NCBI GenBank assembly: GCA_035291545.1
Contig: DATDRW010000069.1
Location: forward strand, 2,348 to 66,347
Source of the DNA: Acidimicrobiia bacterium
GTDB lineage: Bacteria > Actinomycetota > Acidimicrobiia > Spongiisociales > UBA11373
Direction of reading: 5' to 3'
DNA length: 64,000 bases
The stretch's first letter is position 1. Each line of letters opens with the position of its first letter. Shown here piece after piece: positions 58,621 through 64,000 of the stretch. A program made the position numbers and the translations under genes. The notes under the pieces are model-generated. The model was given only the letters and a program-made list of their open reading frames with translations. It did no database searches and was not told the origin of the DNA.

Positions 58621-58697
58621 GGTGGCGATGGGCAATGAGCAATCGGCGAGACCGCGCAGAGGCAGTGTCGCGGTGTTGCCCATCGCCCACTGCGTTG
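58621..58697. repeat. Nested inverted repeat: GTGGCGATGGGCAA ... TTGCCCATCGCCCAC, with an inner ACCGCG/CGCGGT pair.
   Basis: The 14-bp arms have one mismatch and are separated by about 50 bp. The element is intergenic between mraZ and the SDR gene. Confidence 0.35.
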
Positions 58698-58794
58698 CTC
58701 CCCCGCCGCCGGCCGCCCGCACCCCTGGCCCCTGGCCCTTCGCCCTTCGCCACCTGCGTTCGACCCCACCCAACGCGCTACCTACCCTCGCCCC

Positions 58795-59535
58795 GTGCTC
58801 ACCGCACGCCGCATCGTCATCACCGGCGCCTCCTCGGGGATCGGCCGCGGACTGGCGCGGGAGTACGCCGCCCAGGGTGCGCAGGTCTGGGCGGTGGCCC
58901 GCAACGAAGCAGCCCTCGCCGACACGGCGCGCGGTCACCCCGGCATCCACATCACCCCCGCCGACCTCACCACCGGGGCGGGGCGGAGGGCCGTCGTCAC
59001 CGCGGTGGAGCGCACCGGCGGCGTGCTCGACGTGGCGGTGCATGCCGCCGGTTTCCTCGGACCCGTCGGCGTCCCTCTCGCCGGGTATCCGGAACCGGAG
59101 TGGCGCGCGGTGTTCGAAGCGAACGTGACCGCGGTACACCTGCTCCATCAGGGTCTCTCCACCCACCTCGATGCCGGCACGGCGCCGACGGTGATCGCAT
59201 TGGCGAGCACGGTCGGCCGCACACCGAGGGCGGGTTGGGGGATGTATGCCGTGTCCAAGCACGCCCTCGAGTGGTGGGTGGCGATGCTCGCCCTCGAGTG
59301 GCCGCGGGGCCGGGTGTACTCGGTCAACCCGGGAGGCACCCGCACCCCGATGCGGGCAGCGGCCATGCCCGCCGAGGATCCCGCCGCCGTCCCCGCACCC
59401 GAGGAAATCGCCCCCCTCTTCCTGCGTCTCGCCCACCCGGCGGCACCGGAACCGTCGGGCTCGGTCCTCGACGCCCGTGACTGGATCGGGCGCAATCCCT
59501 GGGAGGGTCTCGACCCGGGGGCGACGCGGCAGTGA
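58795..59535 (+). CDS. Short-chain dehydrogenase/reductase (SDR) family oxidoreductase
   Basis: It has TGASSGIGRGLA and the YxxxK active site (YAVSKHALE). Confidence 0.75.
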   Translation: MLTARRIVITGASSGIGRGLAREYAAQGAQVWAVARNEAALADTARGHPGIHITPADLTTGAGRRAVVTAVERTGGVLDVAVHAAGFLGPVGVPLAGYPEPEWRAVFEANVTAVHLLHQGLSTHLDAGTAPTVIALASTVGRTPRAGWGMYAVSKHALEWWVAMLALEWPRGRVYSVNPGGTRTPMRAAAMPAEDPAAVPAPEEIAPLFLRLAHPAAPEPSGSVLDARDWIGRNPWEGLDPGATRQ

Positions 59536-59578
59536 CCACTTCCCGTCGCGGCGGCCGAACCATGCGTATCATCGCCCC

Positions 59579-59896
59579 ATGACGACCGACCCCCGCACCT
59601 CTTCGGCGCCGACTCCTCCCCCTTCGCGGAAATGGCTCGGACCGGCGCTGCTCCTGATCCTGGTGGTGGTCCCCGTCGTGGTGCTCGTGGCCTCCAACAC
59701 CGAATCGGACACCCTGGCCTGGGCCGGTTACGAATGGGAGGCCCCGAGATGGTTGGTGCTCGCCGCGACCTTCGTCGCCGGCGGCGTCGGCGCCAAGCTG
59801 CTCGGGTGGCTGTGGCGGTCCTGGCGGAGGCGGCGGCGCCGCAACGCCGACGAGCGCGACATCACGCGCAGGCTCGCCGGCGGCCAGGGAGGCTGA
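59579..59896 (+). CDS. Small membrane protein with one or two transmembrane segments and an Arg-rich C-terminus.
   Basis: It begins MTTDPRTSS, followed by LLLILVVVPVVVLVA and a W/R-rich tail, which is LapA-like in topology only. Confidence 0.35.
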   Translation: MTTDPRTSSAPTPPPSRKWLGPALLLILVVVPVVVLVASNTESDTLAWAGYEWEAPRWLVLAATFVAGGVGAKLLGWLWRSWRRRRRRNADERDITRRLAGGQGG

Positions 59897-59926
59897 TCCA
59901 AAGCCGCTGGTATCGTCGGCCCCCGC

Positions 59927-60430
59927 ATGGCTCAAGCGCTCGTGCTGAACGCCACATACGAGCCACTCACGGTGGTTCCGATCCGCCGCGCGGTCGTGCT
60001 CGTGGTCCGGAACAAGGCGGAGTTGGTGCACACCCGCGAGCAGCGATGGCACTCCGAGCACCTCGACATCCCCGTCCCGACGGTGATCAGGCTGCGCCGC
60101 TACGTGCGCGTTCCGTATCGCAGACGGATCGCATTGAGCCGGCGCGCCGTATTCGCCCGGGATCTCAACCGGTGTCAGTACTGCGGAGGCTCGGCCGAGA
60201 ACCTCGACCACGTCGTGCCCCGCTCCCGCGGGGGTACCCACGCCTGGGAAAACGTGGTGGCGGCGTGTCGAACCTGCAACACGCGCAAGGGTGACCGCAC
60301 GCCTCCCGAGGCCGGGATGGTGTTGCACATCCCGCCGAAGGCGCCCCGGGAGAACGGCTGGCTCCTCGTGGGTCTGGGCGCGCCACCCCATCCCTCGTGG
60401 GACGCCTACCTGGGTGCCGCCGCCTCCTGA
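59927..60430 (+). CDS. HNH endonuclease (McrA-like)
   Basis: It reads CQYCGGSAENLDHVVPRSRGGTHAWENVVAACRTCNTRKGDR. Confidence 0.8.
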   Translation: MAQALVLNATYEPLTVVPIRRAVVLVVRNKAELVHTREQRWHSEHLDIPVPTVIRLRRYVRVPYRRRIALSRRAVFARDLNRCQYCGGSAENLDHVVPRSRGGTHAWENVVAACRTCNTRKGDRTPPEAGMVLHIPPKAPRENGWLLVGLGAPPHPSWDAYLGAAAS

Positions 60431-60509
60431 CCGGACCCGGTGGCACCACGCTCCGCAGCCCTGCTCGGCACTTTGCGTGGTGATATCATCGCCGGCGGAG
60501 GTGAACCCG

Positions 60510-61031
60510 GTGCGCGTCGTCGGGTACGTGCGCGAATCCCCCGACCCATCGGACGGTCGATCGGCATTCGCTCAGCAGGAGGAGATCCGCAGGCACGCGG
60601 CGACGCACGGCCTCTGCGTGGTCGCGTGGTGCCAGGACCTGCGCGGGGCGACCCCCGGCCGTGACGGCTACCTGTCCCTGCTCGGCGTCGTCGCCTCCGG
60701 CGCCGTCGACGCCGTTCTGCTCCCCGGAATGGCCACGCTGTCGTCCGACCAGATCGTCCAGGAGATCATGATCTGGGACCTGGTCGGGCGCGGCATCCGG
60801 GTGATCTCGACGCTGGAGGCCGACCGCACCCTGCTCGGTGCGGAAGCCGATCCGGGCGCTGCCCGCATGATGATTCGCGACGTGCTCACCCGGGTCGGCG
60901 AACACGCCCGCTCCCTGGGCGCCCACCGAATCGAACCGCCTTCGATCCTCCCCGACGGGGACGTGCTCGTCCACATCATTCGCGCCGACGAGGCGGAGAT
61001 CTCTCTGCGAGATGGGGCCCCGCGCGCCTAG
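60510..61031 (+). CDS. Serine-recombinase catalytic-domain protein with no recognisable C-terminal helix-turn-helix.
   Basis: RVVGYVRESP parallels the resolvase motif GYARVST, and LRGATPGRDGYLSLLGVVASGAVDAVLLPGMATLSSDQIVQEIMIWDLVGRGIRVIS parallels the resolvase core. It has a GTG start with a GGAGG Shine-Dalgarno sequence. Confidence 0.45.
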   Translation: MRVVGYVRESPDPSDGRSAFAQQEEIRRHAATHGLCVVAWCQDLRGATPGRDGYLSLLGVVASGAVDAVLLPGMATLSSDQIVQEIMIWDLVGRGIRVISTLEADRTLLGAEADPGAARMMIRDVLTRVGEHARSLGAHRIEPPSILPDGDVLVHIIRADEAEISLRDGAPRA

Positions 61032-61699
61032 GCGCGCAATGCGGCCCAGGTGGCGCGGGCGACGGCGTACGCCCGGCCCGCCTTCACCACCGCCGCCCCA
61101 GCGGTGCGGGTCCCGTCGACGCGCTCGACGAGGACGGTGACCACTTCGGTCCCCTCGGTCGACCCCAGCGACGCCGACAGCAACCGCGGCGGCCTGCCCT
61201 CGGCGAGTGCCCCGACGACGGCTACGACCGCGGCCGCCACCGCATCCTCGGTGGCCACGGTGCGCTGGCTGAAACGCCGTCCATCGGCGGCGGTGGCGAC
61301 GACCATGACCCCGTCGGAGGACTCCTCGACCGTGAGCGAGGCGAGCGCCGACGCGACGCCTCCGTCCGACGGTTCCGCGGGGTGCAGGAGTGCGGGTTCC
61401 GGCGTCGGTGCCTCCGCCGGCACCGGTACCGGCGGCGGCATCACCGGCCGGGGTGGGATCGGGAGATCGGCGGCGGGAAGACTGACGGCGGGTGCCGGCG
61501 GACCGTCGTCTCCCGTCACGCGGGAGCGCATGCCGTGCGAAGCGAGCACGCGCTGCACGTCGGCGCCGACCGCACGCGGATCGGCCTCGGGATGGAGCCG
61601 AACCCGAACGTTGTCGGGCGTGACCCCTTCGCCCTCGACCTCGGCGGCGGCGACGCCGGGGAGGGAGAGGAGCTCGTTACGCAGCGTGTCTGCCGACAT
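61028..61699 (-). CDS. Hypothetical two-domain protein with a Pro-rich linker
   Basis: It was trimmed to MSADTLRNELLSLPGVAAAEV.... No family is recognised. Confidence 0.4.
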   Translation of the reverse strand: MSADTLRNELLSLPGVAAAEVEGEGVTPDNVRVRLHPEADPRAVGADVQRVLASHGMRSRVTGDDGPPAPAVSLPAADLPIPPRPVMPPPVPVPAEAPTPEPALLHPAEPSDGGVASALASLTVEESSDGVMVVATAADGRRFSQRTVATEDAVAAAVVAVVGALAEGRPPRLLSASLGSTEGTEVVTVLVERVDGTRTAGAAVVKAGRAYAVARATWAALRA

Positions 61700-61891
61700 G
61701 CGGGGCTCCCTTCTCCCACGGTTCCCGGATCGGCGCTCGCCCCGCATCCTAGACACCACGCATCGTAGGGTCAACGGCCACTGTCGGTATCTCCGGTGAC
61801 CCCGGCGAGCACGCCTCGCGCCTCATGGTTCCCACCTGCATGCGGAGGAACCGGCCACTGATAGTCTCCGCCCGCCCACCTTGGAGGAGCG

Positions 61892-62872
61892 TTGCCCACA
61901 CAGCCCGTCGGACAGGGTGAACTGAGCTGGTTCGCCGACCAGTTCGACGCGATCGCCGGCAACATCGAACGGGTCATCCAGGGCAAGCGCGACGTCGTCG
62001 ACCTCGTCGTGATGTCGATGCTGTCCGAGGGGCACGTGCTCATCGAGGACGTGCCCGGTGTGGGCAAGACCCTGCTCGCCAAATCGCTGGCGCGCAGCAT
62101 CCATTGCTCCTTCCAGCGCATCCAGTTCACCCCGGACCTCCTCCCCTCCGACGTCACCGGAGTGTCGGTGTGGGACCGGGAGCGCGGCGATTTCGTGTTC
62201 CGCCCGGGTCCCGTATTCGCCAACATCGTGCTCGGCGACGAGATCAACCGCGCCAGCCCGAAGACCCAGGCGGCCCTGCTGGAGGCCATGGAGGAACGCC
62301 AGGTGACGGTGGACGGCACCACCCGCGAGCTCCGCCTTCCGTTCATGGTCATCGCCACCCAGAACCCGATCGAACATGAGGGAACCTATCCGCTCCCCGA
62401 GGCCCAGCTCGACCGGTTCATGATGCGCCTCGTCATGGGTTACCCCTCCCGCGCCAAGGAGATGGAGATCCTCGAGACTCACGGCCGCGGGTCGTCGTAC
62501 ACCGATCTGGAGCCGGTCGTGAGCGGTGCCGACGTGCAGCGCATGGTCGACATCGCCCGCAGGGTGTACGTCGCGGATCCGATCAAGGAGTACCTGGTCG
62601 ACACCGTCGAGGCCACCCGGCACGATCCCGATCTCCTCCTCGGCGCCTCTCCCCGCGCCACCCTGTACCTCCAGCGGGCCGCGCGCACCCGCGCCGCCGT
62701 CGCGGGCAGACATTACGTGACCCCCGACGACGTGAAGGCGGCGCTGCGCCCGGTGCTGACCCACCGCATGATCCTGCGTCCCGAGGCGCAGATGCGGGGC
62801 GCCGTTCTCGAGGAGATCGTCGAAGGCATCGCCGGTGGTGTCGCCGTCCCGGGGAGCGGGGTCAGAGGCTGA
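61892..62872 (+). CDS. moxR: MoxR-family AAA+ ATPase
   Basis: It has Walker A (GVPGVGKT) and Walker B (IVLGDEINRA). The TTG start has a GGAGG Shine-Dalgarno sequence. Confidence 0.9.
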   Translation: MPTQPVGQGELSWFADQFDAIAGNIERVIQGKRDVVDLVVMSMLSEGHVLIEDVPGVGKTLLAKSLARSIHCSFQRIQFTPDLLPSDVTGVSVWDRERGDFVFRPGPVFANIVLGDEINRASPKTQAALLEAMEERQVTVDGTTRELRLPFMVIATQNPIEHEGTYPLPEAQLDRFMMRLVMGYPSRAKEMEILETHGRGSSYTDLEPVVSGADVQRMVDIARRVYVADPIKEYLVDTVEATRHDPDLLLGASPRATLYLQRAARTRAAVAGRHYVTPDDVKAALRPVLTHRMILRPEAQMRGAVLEEIVEGIAGGVAVPGSGVRG

Positions 62873-64000
62873 TGCCCACCGGCAGAGGCTGGGCCGCCCT
62901 CGGCGTCGCGGCGGCACTGCTGGTCCTCTGGGTCGGATTCGGCGAGATCGAGTTGATGACCACCGCCGTGTTCCTGGTGGCCGCGGTGATCGTGGGCACG
63001 GCCTTCGTCCGGCTCGCTCGACCCACCGTCACGGTTGCGCGGCGGCTCTATCCCGCCCAGGTGCACGCGGGCGACAGCGTGACCGTCGAGGTCGAAATGC
63101 TCGCCTCCCGCAGGCTGCGGAATCTCTTCGTCGAGGACACGGTGCACGGCCTCGGGGTCGCTCGCTTCGCCGCCGCCACCGCGATGCCGTCGCACCCGGT
63201 GGTCGCCCGGTACGAGGTGCATTGCCGGGCTCGCGGCGTCTACGCGGTGGGCCCTGCCGAGGTGGCGATTGCAGACCCATTCGGGCTCAGCGAGCGACGC
63301 GCCCACGCCGGGGGCGCCGACCGGTTGACCGTATACCCGCGTGTGGAGCGCCTCGCCGGGCTACCGGCGGTGCGGGGACTCGACCCCGCAGTGCAATCGA
63401 CCCGCCCCACCTTTGCCGCCCACGGTGGAGAGGATTTCTTCACGCTGCGCGAGTACCAGGCGGGAGACGATCTCCGCAAGGTGCACTGGCCGTCGTCGGC
63501 GAAGCGCGACTCGCTCATGATCAAGCAACTGGAGATCCCGTGGCAGGCCCGGGCGCTGGTGTTGCTCGACGTCAGGGCGGAGCGCTATCTCATCCCGGAG
63601 TCGTTCGAGCAAGCGGTGCGCGGCGCCGCCTCGACCGTGTCCCATCTCTATCAAGGGGGATTCAGTCCGGAGCTGTGGACGTTCGAACGGGCGCCCGGCC
63701 TCCGGTCCGGCAACCGTTTTCAGCAGGCAATGGACACACTGGCGACCGTGCAGCCCGTCCCCCACCTCGATCTCCGCCGAACCGTGGCGCGCCTGCGACG
63801 ACAGGGCGTCGGGGGCGGAGCACTCGTGTTGGTGACCGGCATCCCCGACGAGGGGGCGCTCGCCGCCTTCCGCGTGCTCGCCAAGGACTTCGCCCGCACC
63901 ATCGTGTTGCTGGTCGCCGAGCGCGCCGGCGACACCGGTGCCTCGTTCCGCCGCGCCGGTGCCGTCACCGTGGTGACCCGCCCCGATGGGTCGTGGGCGC
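62872..64000 (+). CDS. DUF58-family protein (MoxR partner). Its 3' end is cut by the window edge.
   Basis: The ATG overlaps the moxR stop as TGATG. It has two N-terminal transmembrane segments and the hallmark FTLREYQAGDDLRKVHWPSSAKRDSLMIKQLE. It is absent from the ORF track because no stop occurs in the window. Confidence 0.75.
   Translation, partial: MPTGRGWAALGVAAALLVLWVGFGEIELMTTAVFLVAAVIVGTAFVRLARPTVTVARRLYPAQVHAGDSVTVEVEMLASRRLRNLFVEDTVHGLGVARFAAATAMPSHPVVARYEVHCRARGVYAVGPAEVAIADPFGLSERRAHAGGADRLTVYPRVERLAGLPAVRGLDPAVQSTRPTFAAHGGEDFFTLREYQAGDDLRKVHWPSSAKRDSLMIKQLEIPWQARALVLLDVRAERYLIPESFEQAVRGAASTVSHLYQGGFSPELWTFERAPGLRSGNRFQQAMDTLATVQPVPHLDLRRTVARLRRQGVGGGALVLVTGIPDEGALAAFRVLAKDFARTIVLLVAERAGDTGASFRRAGAVTVVTRPDGSWA

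Noticed and set aside
60510-61031. Serine-recombinase-like gene as evidence of an intact mobile element or prophage
   Set aside because: It has no DNA-binding domain, and no integrase, terminal inverted repeats, target duplication or phage genes are visible. It is reported only as a possible remnant.

Overview
This window is a high-GC (about 70 %) actinobacterial-type chromosomal segment made up almost entirely of core housekeeping genes. All assignments are by reading the translated ORFs and DNA by eye, with no searches run. Start codons are approximate (within a few codons) because GTG and TTG starts and GC-rich shadow ORFs are common.

Gene content, in order along the window:
- 1-7071, minus strand: uvrB (N-terminus only), coaE, an orphan REC-ParA (CpaE/TadZ-like) ATPase, rpsA and polA.
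- 7500-7582: a tRNA-Leu(CAA), with a small ORF beside it, bracketed by unusual oligonucleotide repeat arrays.
- 7747-17345, minus strand: nadE, then one apparent operon reading trpE, a YgfZ-like folate protein, an OmpR-type response regulator, a sensor kinase, trpC, trpF, trpB and trpA.
- 17389-27294: a variable stretch with ccdA, a CsaA-like protein, MFS, MATE, nth, xpt, several small membrane proteins, eamA and a 548-aa tandem-duplicated ThyX-like protein.
- 27388-29246: an adjacent pair of ArsA/Get3-like ATPases.
- 29239-37382: dnaE, a DUF2090 aldolase-like gene, pfk, rluD, lspA, a DksA/TraR-like gene and a DUF167 gene.
- 37440-40854: a T-box leader followed by ileS.
- 40910-58407, minus strand: a complete division/cell-wall (dcw) cluster (mraZ, rsmH, ftsL, ftsI, murE, murF, mraY, murD, ftsW, murG, murC, murB, ftsQ, ftsZ, pgeF, yggS, sepF, yggT). 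It has no ftsA and no divIVA and is heavily translationally coupled.
- 58493-58537: MraZ operator repeats upstream of mraZ.
- 58795-64000: an SDR, an HNH endonuclease, a catalytic-domain-only serine recombinase, MoxR and a DUF58 gene that is cut by the window end.

No rRNA, CRISPR array, intact prophage or transposon was seen.

The observations I would look at first are the tandem-duplicated ThyX-like protein with complementary motif loss between its two halves, the two-component system embedded in the trp operon with a YgfZ-like gene coupled to trpE, the orphan REC-ParA gene carrying a 114-bp in-frame tandem repeat, and the dispersed CCGGA / GGCACCA oligo-repeat family.
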